Below are positions 39,101-53,900 of a DNA stretch of 64,000 nt, piece by piece (the stretch's first letter is position 1; each line of letters begins with the position of its first letter). The notes beneath the pieces were generated by a model that did not search any database, had not been told where the DNA came from, and saw only the letters and a list, made by a program, of their open reading frames with translations. The DNA is from the human T2T-CHM13v2.0 reference genome, Homo sapiens. The stretch is from the NCBI RefSeq assembly GCF_009914755.1, contig NC_060930.1; one strand, given 5' to 3'. Made by a program: the position numbers and the translations under genes.

Positions 39101-42100
39101 TAGAGCAGTTTTGAGACACCGTTTTTGTAGAATTCCCAAGTGGATATTTAGAGCACTTTGAAGTCTCTGCTAGAAAAGGAAACATCTTCATGTAAAAAGT
39201 AGATAGAATCGTTCTCAGAAAGTGCTTAGTGACGTGTGCGTTCAACTCACAGAGTTTAACGTTTCTTTTGATAGAGCGTTTCTGAAACACCCTTCTTGTA
39301 GTAGCTGCAAGTGGATATTTGGACCTATTGGAGGCCTTCTTTGGAAATGGGATTTCTTCATGTAACTCTAGATTGAAGAGTTCTCAGAAACTCCTTTGTG
39401 ATGTGTGCATTCAATTCAAAGAGTGAAACCTCCCTTTTCACAGAGCAGTTTTGAAACACTGTTTTTGTAGGATTTCCAAGGGGATATTTATAGCGCATTG
39501 AGCCTACGGCGGAAAAAGAAACATCTTCCTATAAAAACTAGACAGAATACTTCTCAGAATCTGCTTTGCGATGTGTGCGTTCAACTCACAGAGTAAAACT
39601 TTTCTTTTGATAGAGCAGTTTTGAAACACTCTTTTTGTAGTATTTGCATGTGTATATTTAGAGCGCATTGAAGCCCACAGTAGAAAAGGAAATAACTTCA
39701 CCTAAAACCTAGACAGAAGCAATCTCAGAAACTACTTTGTGATGTGTACATTCAACTCACAGAGTGGAACTTTCCTCTTTATAGAGCAGTGTTGAAACAC
39801 TCTTTTTGTAGAAACTGCAAGTGGATATTTGGACCTCTTTGAGGCCTTCGTTGGAAACGGGATTTCTTCCTATAACCCTAGACAGAAGAATTTTCAGAAA
39901 CCTCATTGTGATGTGTGCGTTCATCTCACAGAGTGGAGTCTTCCGTTTGATAGAGAAGTTTTGAAACCCTGTTCTTGTAGGATTTCCAAGTGGATATTTA
40001 GACCACTTTGAAGCCTATGATAGAAAAGGAAACATCTTCATGGAAAACATAGATAGAATCATCCTCAGAAACAACTTTGTGATGTGTGCGTTGAACTCAC
40101 CGTCTTTAACCTTTCTTTTGGTAGAGAAGTTTTGAAACACTCTCTTTGTAAAGTCTACAAGTGGATATTTTGAGCCCTTGGAGGCATTCTTTGGAAAAGG
40201 GAATGTCTTCACATAAAAGGCAGACGGAAGTGTTCTCAGAAACTGCTTTGTGATGTCTGTGTTCAACTCACAGAGTTTAACATTTCCTTTGATAGAGCGG
40301 TTTAGTAACCCTCTCTTTGTAGAATTTGGAAGTGTATACTAAGAGCGCTTTGAGGCCTATGGTAGAAAAGGAAATATCTTTCCATAAAAGCTAGACAGAA
40401 GCAATCTCAGAAACTCCTTTGTGATGTCTGCATTCAACTCACCGAGTGGAACATTCCTCTTGAGAGAGCAGTTTGGAAACACTCTTTCTGTAGAATCAGC
40501 TTGTTTGTATTTGGACCTCCTTGAGGCCTTCGTTGGAAACGGGTTTTCATCTTATAAACCCAGACAGAAGAATTCTCAGAGTCTTCTTTGTGATGTGTGC
40601 TTTCAACTCACCGAGATAAAGATTTCTCTTGATAGAGCAATTTGGAAACACTCTTTTTGTAGAATTTGCAAGGGTACATTGAGAGCGCTTTCAGGCCTAT
40701 GGTAGAAAAGGGAATATCTTTCCATAAAAGGTAGACAGAAGCAATCTCAGAAACTACTTTGTGATGTGTGCATTCAACTCACCGAGTGCAACGTTCCTCT
40801 TGACCGAGCAGTTTGGAAACATTGTTTCTGTAGAATCTGCAAGTGGATATTTGGACCTCTTTGAGGCCTTCGTTGGAAACGGGATTTCTTCCTATAAACC
40901 CAGACAGAAGAATTCTCAGAGACTTCTTTGTGATGTGTGAATTCAACTCACAGTGTGGATCCTTCCTTTTGATAGAGCAGTTTTGAAACCCTGTTTTTGT
41001 AGTATTTCCAAGCGGATATTTGGAACGCCTTGAAGCGTATGGTAGAAAAGGAAATATCTTCCCATAAAACCTAGACAGAACCAATCTCAGAAACGACTTT
41101 GTGATGTCTGCATTCAAGTCACAGAGTTGAACATTTCTCTTGATAGAGCAGTTTTGAAACCCTCTTTCTGAAGGATCTGCAAGTGGATATTTGGAACTCC
41201 TTTGGGTCTTCGTTGGAAACGGGATTTCTTCGTATAAATCTAGACAGAAGAATTCTCCGAAACTTCTTTGGTTGTGTGCATTCAAGTCACAGAGTGGAAC
41301 CTTCCTTTGGATAGAGCAGTTTGAAACGCCGTGGTTGTAGTATTTCCAAGCGGATATTAGAGCGCCTTGAGGCCTATGGTAGAAAAGGAAATATCTTCCC
41401 ATAAAACCTAGACGGAAGCAATCTCAGAAACTACTGTGTGATGGCTGCATTCCACACACACGGTGGAACATTTCTCTTGATAGAGCAGTTTTGAAACACT
41501 CTTTCTGTAGAATCTGCAAGTGGATAATTGGACCGCCTTGAGGCCTTCGTTGGAAACGGGATTTCTTCATGTTACTCTAGATAGAAGAATTCTCAAACAC
41601 TGCTATGTGATGTTTGCATTCAAGTCACAGAGTGCAACATTCCTCTTGGTAGAGCAGTTGGGAAACACTCCTTTTGTAGAATCTGCAATGGGATATTTGG
41701 ACTTCTTTGAGGCCTTCGTTGGAAACGGGATTTCTTCGTATGAATCTAGACAGAAGAATTCTCAGAAACTTCCTTGTGATGTGTGCATTCAACTCAGCGA
41801 GTGGCACCTTCCTTTGGATACAGCAGTTTTGAAACACTGTTTTTGTAGTATTTCCAAGCGGATATTTAGAGCGCCTTGAAGCCTATGCTAGAAATGGAAA
41901 TATCTCCCCATAAAACCAAGACAGAAGCAATCTCAGAAACTAATGTGTGATGGCTGCATTCCACACACACGGTGGACCATTTCTCTTGATAGAGCAGTTT
42001 TGAAACACTCTTTCTGTAGAATCTGCAAGTGGATAATTGGACCTCCTAGAGGCCTTCGTTGGAAACGGGATTTCTTCATCTAAACCTACAGAGAAGAATT

Positions 42101-45100
42101 CTCAGTAACTTCTTCGGATGTGTGCATTCGACGCACAGAATGGAACATTCCCTTTGATAGAGCAGTTTTGAGACACCGTTTTTGTAGAATTCCCAAGTGG
42201 ATATTTAGAGCACTTTGAAGTCTCTGCTAGAAAAGGAAACATCTTCATGTAAAAAGTAGATAGAATCGTTCTCAGAAAGTGCTTAGTGACGTGTGCATTC
42301 AACTCACAGAGTTTAACGTTTCTTTTGATAGAGCGTTTCTGAAACACCCTTCTTGTAGTAGCTGCAAGTGGATATTTGGACCTATTGGAGGCCTTCTTTG
42401 GAAATGGGATTTCTTCATGTAACTCTAGATTGAAGAGTTCTCAGAAACTCCTTTGTGATGTGTGCATTCAATTCAAAGAGTGAAACCTCCCTTTTCACAG
42501 AGCAGTTTTGAAACACTGTTTTTGTAGGATTTCCAAGGGGATATTTATAGCGCATTGAGCCTACGGCGGAAAAAGAAACATCTTCCTATAAAAACTAGAC
42601 AGAATACTTCTCAGAATCTGCTTTGCGATGTGTGCGTTCAACTCACAGAGTAAAACTTTTCTTTTGATAGAGCAGTTTTGAAACACTCTTTTTGTAGTAT
42701 TTGCATGTGTATATTTAGAGCGCATTGAAGCCCACAGTAGAAAAGGAAATAACTTCACCTAAAACCTAGACAGAAGCAATCTCAGAAACTACTTTGTGAT
42801 GTGTACATTCAACTCACAGAGTGGAACTTCCCTCTTTATAGAGCAGTGTTGAAACACTCTTTTTGTAGAAACTGCAAGTGGATATTTGGACCTCTTTGAG
42901 GCCTTCGTTGGAAACGGGATTTCTTCCTATAACCCTAGACAGAAGAATTTTCAGAAACCTCATTGTGATGTGTGCGTTCATCTCACAGAGTGGAGTCTTC
43001 CGTTTGATAGAGAAGTTTTGAAACCCTGTTCTTGTAGGATTTCCAAGTGGATATTTAGACCACTTTGAAGCCTATGATAGAAAAGGAAACATCTTCATGG
43101 AAAACATAGATAGAATCATCCTCAGAAACAACTTTGTGATGTGTGCGTTGAACTCACCGTCTTTAACCTTTCTTTTGGTAGAGAAGTTTTGAAACACTCT
43201 CTTTGTAAAGTCTACAAGTGGATATTTTGAGCCCTTGGAGGCATTCTTTGGAAAAGGGAATGTCTTCACATAAAAGGCAGACGGAAGTGTTCTCAGAAAC
43301 TGCTTTGTGATGTCTGTGTTCAACTCACAGAGTTTAACATTTCCTTTGATAGAGCGGTTTAGTAACCCTCTCTTTGTAGAATTTGGAAGTGTATACTAAG
43401 AGCGCTTTGAGGCCTATGGTAGAAAAGGAAATATCTTTCCATAAAAGCTAGACAGAAGCAATCTCAGAAACTCCTTTGCGATGTCTGCATTCAACTCACC
43501 GAGTGGAACATTCCTCTTGAGAGAGCAGTTTGGAAACACTCTTTCTGTAGAATCAGCTTGTTTGTATTTGGACCTCCTTGAGGCCTTCGTTGGAAACGGG
43601 TTTTCATCTTATAAACCCAGACAGAAGAATTCTCAGAGTCTTCTTTGTGATGTGTGCTTTCAACTCACCGAGATAAAGATTTCTCTTGATAGAGCAATTT
43701 GGAAACACTCTTTTTGTAGAATTTGCAAGGGTACATTGAGAGCGCTTTCAGGCCTATGGTAGAAAAGGGAATATCTTTCCATAAAAGGTAGACAGAAGCA
43801 ATCTCAGAAACTACTTTGTGATGTGTGCATTCAACTCACCGAGTGCAACGTTCCTCTTGACCGAGCAGTTTGGAAACATTGTTTCTGTAGAATCTGCAAG
43901 TGGATATTTGGACCTCTTTGAGGCCTTCGTTGGAAACGGGATTTCTTCCTATAAACCCAGACAGAAGAATTCTCAGAGACTTCTTTGTGATGTGTGAATT
44001 CAACTCACAGTGTGGATCCTTCCTTTTGATAGAGCAGTTTTGAAACCCTGTTTTTGTAGTATTTCCAAGCGGATATTTGGAACGCCTTGAAGCGTATGGT
44101 AGAAAAGGAAATATCTTCCCATAAAACCTAGACAGAACCAATCTCAGAAACGACTTTGTGATGTCTGCATTCAAGTCACAGAGTTGAACATTTCTCTTGA
44201 TAGAGCAGTTTTGAAACCCTCTTTCTGAAGGATCTGCAAGTGGATATTTGGAACTCCTTTGGGTCTTCGTTGGAAACGGGATTTCTTCGTATAAATCTAG
44301 ACAGAAGAATTCTCCGAAACTTCTTTGGTTGTGTGCATTCAAGTCACAGAGTGGAACCTTCCTTTGGATAGAGCAGTTTGAAACGCCGTGGTTGTAGTAT
44401 TTCCAAGCGGATATTAGAGCGCCTTGAGGCCTATGGTAGAAAAGGAAATATCTTCCCATAAAACCTAGACGGAAGCAATCTCAGAAACTACTGTGTGATG
44501 GCTGCATTCCACACACACGGTGGAACATTTCTCTTGATAGAGCAGTTTTGAAACACTCTTTCTGTAGAATCTGCAAGTGGATAATTGGACCGCCTTGAGG
44601 CCTTCGTTGGAAACGGGATTTCTTCATGTTACTCTAGATAGAAGAATTCTCAAACACTGCTATGTGATGTTTGCATTCAAGTCACAGAGTGCAACATTCC
44701 TCTTGGTAGAGCAGTTGGGAAACACTCCTTTTGTAGAATCTGCAATGGGATATTTGGACTTCTTTGAGGCCTTCGTTGGAAACGGGATTTCTTCGTATGA
44801 ATCTAGACAGAAGAATTCTCAGAAACTTCCTTGTGATGTGTGCATTCAACTCAGCGAGTGGCACCTTCCTTTGGATACAGCAGTTTTGAAACACTGTTTT
44901 TGTAGTATTTCCAAGCGGATATTTAGAGCGCCTTGAAGCCTATGCTAGAAATGGAAATATCTCCCCATAAAACCAAGACAGAAGCAATCTCAGAAACTAA
45001 TGTGTGATGGCTGCATTCCACACACACGGTGGACCATTTCTCTTGATAGAGCAGTTTTGAAACACTCTTTCTGTAGAATCTGCAAGTGGATAATTGGACC

Positions 45101-45363
45101 TCCTAGAGGCCTTCGTTGGAAACGGGATTTCTTCATCTAAACCTACAGAGAAGAATTCTCAGTAACTTCTTCGGATGTGTGCATTCGACGCACAGAATGG
45201 AACATTCCCTTTGATAGAGCAGTTTTGAGACACCGTTTTTGTAGAATTCCCAAGTGGATATTTAGAGCACTTTGAAGTCTCTGCTAGAAAAGGAAACATC
45301 TTCATGTAAAAAGTAGATAGAATCGTTCTCAGAAAGTGCTTAGTGACGTGTGCGTTCAACTCA
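36193..45363 (+). repeat. Three 18-mer HOR copies (U14-U16)
   Basis: Spacing 36447-39504-42561-45618 is 3057. Confidence 0.97.
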
Positions 45364-47914
45364 CAGAGTTTAACGTTTCTTTTGATAGAGCGTTTCTGAA
45401 ACACCCTTCTTGTAGTAGCTGCAAGTGGATATTTGGACCTATTGGAGGCCTTCTTTGGAAATGGGATTTCTTCATGTAACTCTAGATTGAAGAGTTCTCA
45501 GAAACTCCTTTGTGATGTGTGCATTCAATTCAAAGAGTGAAACCTCCCTTTTCACAGAGCAGTTTTGAAACACTGTTTTTGTAGGATTTCCAAGGGGATA
45601 TTTATAGCGCATTGAGCCTACGGCGGAAAAAGAAACATCTTCCTATAAAAACTAGACAGAATACTTCTCAGAATCTGCTTTGCGATGTGTGCGTTCAACT
45701 CACAGAGTAAAACTTTTCTTTTGATAGAGCAGTTTTGAAACACTCTTTTTGTAGTATTTGCATGTGTATATTTAGAGCGCATTGAAGCCCACAGTAGAAA
45801 AGGAAATAACTTCACCTAAAACCTAGACAGAAGCAATCTCAGAAACTATTTTGTGATGTGTACATTCAACTCACAGAGTGGAACTTTCCTCTTTATAGAG
45901 CAGTGTTGAAACACTCTTTTTGTAGAAACTGCAAGTGGATATTTGGACCTCTTTGAGGCCTTCGTTGGAAACGGGATTTCTTCCTATAACCCTAGACAGA
46001 AGAATTTTCAGAAACCTCATTGTGATGTGTGCGTTCATCTCACAGAGTGGAGTCTTCCGTTTGATAGAGAAGTTTTGAAACCCTGTTCTTGTAGGATTTC
46101 CAAGTGGATATTTAGACCACTTTGAAGCCTATGATAGAAAAGGAAACATCTTCATGGAAAACATAGATAGAATCATCCTCAGAAACAACTTTGTGATGTG
46201 TGCGTTGAACTCACCGTCTTTAACCTTTCTTTTGGTAGAGAAGTTTTGAAACACTCTCTTTGTAAAGTCTACAAGTGGATATTTTGAGCCCTTGGAGGCA
46301 TTCTTTGGAAAAGGGAATGTCTTCACATAAAAGGCAGACGGAAGTGTTCTCAGAAACTGCTTTGTGATGTCTGTGTTCAACTCACAGAGTTTAACATTTC
46401 CTTTGATAGAGCGGTTTAGTAACCCTCTCTTTGTAGAATTTGGAAGTGTATACTAAGAGCGCTTTGAGGCCTATGGTAGAAAAGGAAATATCTTTCCATA
46501 AAAGCTAGACAGAAGCAATCTCAGAAACTCCTTTGTGATGTCTGCATTCAACTCACCGAGTGGAACATTCCTCTTGATAGAGCAGTTTGGAAACACTCTT
46601 TCTGTAGAATCAGCTTGTTTGTATTTGGACCTCCTTGAGGCCTTCGTTGGAAACGGGTTTTCATCTTATAAACCCAGACAGAAGAATTCTCAGAGTCTTC
46701 TTTGTGATGTGTGCTTTCAACTCACCGAGATAAAGATTTCTCTTGATAGAGCAATTTGGAAACACTCTTTTTGTAGAATTTGCAAGGGTACATTGAGAGC
46801 GCTTTCAGGCCTATGGTAGAAAAGGGAATATCTTTCCATAAAAGGTAGACAGAAGCAATCTCAGAAACTACTTTGTGATGTGTGCATTCAACTCACCGAG
46901 TGCAACGTTCCTCTTGACCGAGCAGTTTGGAAACATTGTTTCTGTAGAATCTGCAAGTGGATATTTGGACCTCTTTGAGGCCTTCGTTGGAAACGGGATT
47001 TCTTCCTATAAACCCAGACAGAAGAATTCTCAGAGACTTCTTTGTGATGTGTGAATTCAACTCACAGTGTGGATCCTTCCTTTTGATAGAGCAGTTTTGA
47101 AACCCTGTTTTTGTAGTATTTCCAAGCGGATATTTGGAACGCCTTGAAGCGTATGGTAGAAAAGGAAATATCTTCCCATAAAACCTAGACAGAACCAATC
47201 TCAGAAACGACTTTGTGATGTCTGCATTCAAGTCACAGAGTTGAACATTTCTCTTGATAGAGCAGTTTTGAAACCCTCTTTCTGAAGGATCTGCAAGTGG
47301 ATATTTGGAACTCCTTTGGGTCTTCGTTGGAAACGGGATTTCTTCGTATAAATCTAGACAGAAGAATTCTCAGAAACTTCCTTGTGATGTGTGCATTCAA
47401 CTCAGCGAGTGGCACCTTCCTTTGGATACAGCAGTTTTGAAACACTGTTTTTGTAGTATTTCCAAGCGGATATTTAGAGCGCCTTGAAGCCTATGCTAGA
47501 AATGGAAATATCTCCCCATAAAACCAAGACGGAAGCAATCTCAGAAACTACTGTGTGATGGCTGCATTCCACACACACGGTGGACCATTTCTCTTGATAG
47601 AGCAGTTTTGAAACACTCTTTCTGTAGAATCTGCAAGTGGATAATTGGACCTCCGAGAGGCCTTCGTTGGAAACGGGATTTCTTCATCTAAACCTACAGA
47701 GAAGTATTCTCAGTAACTTCTTCGGATGTGTGCATTCGACGCACAGAATGGAACATTCCCTTTGATAGAGCAGTTTTGAGACACCGTTTTTGTAGAATTC
47801 CCAAGTGGATATTTAGAGCACTTTGAAGTCTCTGCTAGAAAAGGAAACATCATCATGTAAAAAGTAGATAGAATCGTTCTCAGAAAGTGCTTAGTGTCGT
47901 GTGCGTTCAACTCA
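45364..47914 (+). repeat. Single 15-mer HOR copy (U17, 2551 bp)
   Basis: Spacing 45618-48169 is 2551. Junction at 47351-47371. Confidence 0.96.
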
Positions 47915-50900
47915 CAGAGTTTAACGTTTCTTTTGATAGAGCGTTTCTGAAACACCCTTCTTGTAGTAGCTGCAAGTGGATATTTGGACCTATTGGAGGT
48001 CTTCTTTGGAAATGGGATTTCTTCATGTAACTCTAGATTGAAGAATTCTCAGAAACTCCTTTGTGATGTGTGCATTCAATTCAAAGAGTGAAACCTCTCT
48101 TTTCACAGAGCAGTTTTGAAACACTGTTTTTGTAGGATTTCCAAGGGGATATTTATAGCGCATTGAGCCTACGGCGGAAAAAGAAACATCTTCCTATAAA
48201 AACTAGACAGAATACTTCTCAGAATCTGCTTTGCGATGTGTGCGTTCAACTCACAGAGTAAAACTTTTCTTTTGATAGAGCAGTTTTGAAACACTCTTTT
48301 TGTAGTATTTGCATGTGTATATTTAGAGCGCATTGAAGCCCACAGTAGAAAAGGAAATAACTTCACCTAAAACCTAGACAGAAGCAATCTCAGAAACTAC
48401 TTTGTGATGTGTACATTCAACTCACAGAGTGGAACTTTCCTCTTTATAGAGCAGTGTTGAAACACTCTTTTTGTAGAAACTGCAAGTGGATATTTGGACC
48501 TCTTTGAGGCCTTCGTTGGAAACGGGATTTCTTCCTATAACCCTAGACAGAAGAATTTTCAGAAACCTCATTGTGATGTGTGCGTTCATCTCACAGAGTG
48601 GAGTCTTCCGTTTGATAGAGAAGTTTTGAAACCCTGTTCTTGTAGGATTTCCAAGTGGATATTTAGACCACTTTGAAGCCTATGATAGAAAAGGAAACAT
48701 CTTCATGGAAAACATAGATAGAATCATCCTCAGAAACAACTTTGTGATGTGTGCGTTGAACTCACCGTCTTTAACCTTTCTTTTGGTAGAGAAGTTTTGA
48801 AACACTCTCTTTGTAAAGTCTACAAGTGGATATTTTGAGCCCTTGGAGGCATTCTTTGGAAAAGGGAATGTCTTCACATAAAAGGCAGACAGAAGTGTTC
48901 TCAGAAACTGCTTTGTGATGTCTGTGTTCAACTCACAGAGTTTAACATTTCCTTTGATAGAGCGGTTTAGTAACCCTCTCTTTGTAGAATTTGGAAGTGT
49001 ATACTAAGAGCGCTTTGAGGCCTATGGTAGAAAAGGAAATATCTTTCCATAAAAGCTAGACAGAAGCAATCTCAGAAACTCCTTTGTGATGTCTGCATTC
49101 AACTCACCGAGTGGAACATTCCTCTTGAGAGAGCAGTTTGGAAACACTCTTTCTGTAGAATCAGCTTGTTTGTATTTGGACCTCCTTGAGGCCTTCGTTG
49201 GAAACGGGTTTTCATCTTATAAACCCAGACAGAAGAATTCTCAGAGTCTTCTTTGTGATGTGTGCTTTCAACTCACCGAGATAAAGATTTCTCTTGATAG
49301 AGCAATTTGGAAACACTCTTTTTGTAGAATTTGCAAGGGTACATTGAGAGCGCTTTCAGGCCTATGGTAGAAAAGGGAATATCTTTCCATAAAAGGTAGA
49401 CAGAAGCAATCTCAGAAACTACTTTGTGATGTGTGCATTCAACTCACCGAGTGCAACGTTCCTCTTGACCGAGCAGTTTGGAAACATTGTTTCTGTAGAA
49501 TCTGCAAGTGGATATTTGGACCTCTTTGAGGCCTTCGTTGGAAACGGGATTTCTTCCTATAAACCCAGACAGAAGAATTCTCAGAGACTTCTTTGTGATG
49601 TGTGAATTCAACTCACAGTGTGGATCCTTCCTTTTGATAGAGCAGTTTTGAAACCCTGTTTTTGTAGTATTTCCAAGCGGATATTTGGAACGCCTTGAAG
49701 CGTATGGTAGAAAAGGAAATATCTTCCCATAAAACCTAGACAGAACCAATCTCAGAAACGACTTTGTGATGTCTGCATTCAAGTCACAGAGTTGAACATT
49801 TCTCTTGATAGAGCAGTTTTGAAACCCTCTTTCTGAAGGATCTGCAAGTGGATATTTGGAACTCCTTTGGGTCTTCGTTGGAAACGGGATTTCTTCGTAT
49901 AAATCTAGACAGAAGAATTCTCCGAAACTTCTTTGGTTGTGTGCATTCAAGTCACAGAGTGGAACCTTCCTTTGGATAGAGCAGTTTGAAACGCCGTGGT
50001 TGTAGTATTTCCAAGCGGATATTAGAGCGCCTTGAGGCCTATGGTAGAAAAGGAAATATCTTCCCATAAAACCTAGACGGAAGCAATCTCAGAAACTACT
50101 TTGTGATGGCTGCATTCCACACACACGGTGGAACATTTCTCTTGATAGAGCAGTTTTGAAACACTCTTTCTGTAGAATCTGCAAGTGGATAATTGGACCG
50201 CCTTGAGGCCTTCGTTGGAAACGGGATTTCTTCATGTTACTCTAGATAGAAGAATTCTCAAACACTGCTATGTGATGTTTGCATTCAAGTCACAGAGTGC
50301 AACATTCCTCTTGGTAGAGCAGTTGGGAAACACTCCTTTTGTAGAATCTGCAATGGGATATTTGGACTTCTTTGAGGCCTTCGTTGGAAACGGGATTTCT
50401 TCGTATGAATCTAGACAGAAGAATTCTCAGAAACTTCCTTGTGATGTGTGCATTCAACTCAGCGAGTGGCACCTTCCTTTGGATACAGCAGTTTTGAAAC
50501 ACTGTTTTTGTAGTATTTCCAAGCGGATATTTAGAGCGCCTTGAAGCCTATGCTAGAAATGGAAATATCTCCCCATAAAACCAAGACAGAAGCAATCTCA
50601 GAAACTAATGTGTGATGGCTGCATTCCACACACACGGTGGACCATTTCTCTTGATAGAGCAGTTTTGAAACACTCTTTCTGTAGAATCTGCAAGTGGATA
50701 ATTGGACCTCCTAGAGGCCTTCGTTGGAAACGGAATTTCTTCATCTAAACCTACAGAGAAGAATTCTCAGTAACTTCTTCGGATGTGTGCATTCGACGCA
50801 CAGAATGGAACATTCCCTTTGATAGAGCAGTTTTGAGACACCGTTTTTGTAGAATTCCCAAGTGGATATTTAGAGCACTTTGAAGTCTCTGCTAGAAAAG

Positions 50901-53900
50901 GAAACATCTTCATGTAAAAAGTAGATAGAATCGTTCTCAGAAAGTGCTTAGTGACGTGTGCGTTCAACTCACAGAGTTTAACGTTTCTTTTGATAGAGCG
51001 TTTCTGAAACACCCTTCTTGTAGTAGCTGCAAGTGGATATTTGGACCTATTGGAGGCCTTCTTTGGAAATGGGATTTCTTCATGTAACTCTAGATTGAAG
51101 AGTTCTCAGAAACTCCTTTGTGATGTGTGCATTCAATTCAAAGAGTGAAACCTCCCTTTTCACAGAGCAGTTTTGAAACACTGTTTTTGTAGGATTTCCA
51201 AGGGGATATTTATAGCGCATTGAGCCTACGGCGGAAAAAGAAACATCTTCCTATAAAAACTAGACAGAATACTTCTCAGAATCTGCTTTGCGATGTGTGC
51301 GTTCAACTCACAGAGTAAAACTTTTCTTTTGATAGAGCAGTTTTGAAACACTCTTTTTGTAGTATTTGCATGTGTATATTTAGAGCGCATTGAAGCCCAC
51401 AGTAGAAAAGGAAATAACTTCACCTAAAACCTAGACAGAAGCAATCTCAGAAACTACTTTGTGATGTGTACATTCAACTCACAGAGTGGAACTTTCCTCT
51501 TTATAGAGCAGTGTTGAAACACTCTTTTTGTAGAAACTGCAAGTGGATATTTGGACCTCTTTGAGGCCTTCGTTGGAAACGGGATTTCTTCCTATAACCC
51601 TAGACAGAAGAATTTTCAGAAACCTCATTGTGATGTGTGCGTTCATCTCACAGAGTGGAGTCTTCCGTTTGATAGAGAAGTTTTGAAACCCTGTTCTTGT
51701 AGGATTTCCAAGTGGATATTTAGACCACTTTGAAGCCTATGATAGAAAAGGAAACATCTTCATGGAAAACATAGATAGAATCATCCTCAGAAACAACTTT
51801 GTGATGTGTGCGTTGAACTCACCGTCTTTAACCTTTCTTTTGGTAGAGAAGTTTTGAAACACTCTCTTTGTAAAGTCTACAAGTGGATATTTTGAGCCCT
51901 TGGAGGCATTCTTTGGAAAAGGGAATGTCTTCACATAAAAGGCAGACAGAAGTGTTCTCAGAAACTGCTTTGTGATGTCTGTGTTCAACTCACAGAGTTT
52001 AACATTTCCTTTGATAGAGCGGTTTAGTAACCCTCTCTTTGTAGAATTTGGAAGTGTATACTAAGAGCGCTTTGAGGCCTATGGTAGAAAAGGAAATATC
52101 TTTCCATAAAAGCTAGACAGAAGCAATCTCAGAAACTCCTTTGTGATGTCTGCATTCAACTCACCGAGTGGAACATTCCTCTTGAGAGAGCAGTTTGGAA
52201 ACACTCTTTCTGTAGAATCAGCTTGTTTGTATTTGGACCTCCTTGAGGCCTTCGTTGGAAACGGGTTTTCATCTTATAAACCCAGACAGAAGAATTCTCA
52301 GAGTCTTCTTTGTGATGTGTGCTTTCAACTCACCGAGATAAAGATTTCTCTTGATAGAGCAATTTGGAAACACTCTTTTTGTAGAATTTGCAAGGGTACA
52401 TTGAGAGCGCTTTCAGGCCTATGGTAGAAAAGGGAATATCTTTCCATAAAAGGTAGACAGAAGCAATCTCAGAAACTACTTTGTGATGTGTGCATTCAAC
52501 TCACCGAGTGCAACGTTCCTCTTGACCGAGCAGTTTGGAAACATTGTTTCTGTAGAATCTGCAAGTGGATATTTGGACCTCTTTGAGGCCTTCGTTGGAA
52601 ACGGGATTTCTTCCTATAAACCCAGACAGAAGAATTCTCAGAGACTTCTTTGTGATGTGTGAATTCAACTCACAGTGTGGATCCTTCCTTTTGATAGAGC
52701 AGTTTTGAAACCCTGTTTTTGTAGTATTTCCAAGCGGATATTTGGAACGCCTTGAAGCGTATGGTAGAAAAGGAAATATCTTCCCATAAAACCTAGACAG
52801 AACCAATCTCAGAAACGACTTTGTGATGTCTGCATTCAAGTCACAGAGTTGAACATTTCTCTTGATAGAGCAGTTTTGAAACCCTCTTTCTGAAGGATCT
52901 GCAAGTGGATATTTGGAACTCCTTTGGGTCTTCGTTGGAAACGGGATTTCTTCGTATAAATCTAGACAGAAGAATTCTCCGAAACTTCTTTGGTTGTGTG
53001 CATTCAAGTCACAGAGTGGAACCTTCCTTTGGATAGAGCAGTTTGAAACGCCGTGGTTGTAGTATTTCCAAGCGGATATTAGAGCGCCTTGAGGCCTATG
53101 GTAGAAAAGGAAATATCTTCCCATAAAACCTAGACGGAAGCAATCTCAGAAACTACTGTGTGATGGCTGCATTCCACACACACGGTGGAACATTTCTCTT
53201 GATAGAGCAGTTTTGAAACACTCTTTCTGTAGAATCTGCAAGTGGATAATTGGACCGCCTTGAGGCCTTCGTTGGAAACGGGATTTCTTCATGTTACTCT
53301 AGATAGAAGAATTCTCAAACACTGCTATGTGATGTTTGCATTCAAGTCACAGAGTGCAACATTCCTCTTGGTAGAGCAGTTGGGAAACACTCCTTTTGTA
53401 GAATCTGCAATGGGATATTTGGACTTCTTTGAGGCCTTCGTTGGAAACGGGATTTCTTCGTATGAATCTAGACAGAAGAATTCTCAGAAACTTCCTTGTG
53501 ATGTGTGCATTCAACTCAGCGAGTGGCACCTTCCTTTGGATACAGCAGTTTTGAAACACTGTTTTTGTAGTATTTCCAAGCGGATATTTAGAGCGCCTTG
53601 AAGCCTATGCTAGAAATGGAAATATCTCCCCATAAAACCAAGACAGAAGCAATCTCAGAAACTAATGTGTGATGGCTGCATTCCACACACACGGTGGACC
53701 ATTTCTCTTGATAGAGCAGTTTTGAAACACTCTTTCTGTAGAATCTGCAAGTGGATAATTGGACCTCCTAGAGGCCTTCGTTGGAAACGGGATTTCTTCA
53801 TCTAAACCTACAGAGAAGAATTCTCAGTAACTTCTTCGGATGTGTGCATTCGACGCACAGAATGGAACATTCCCTTTGATAGAGCAGTTTTGAGACACCG

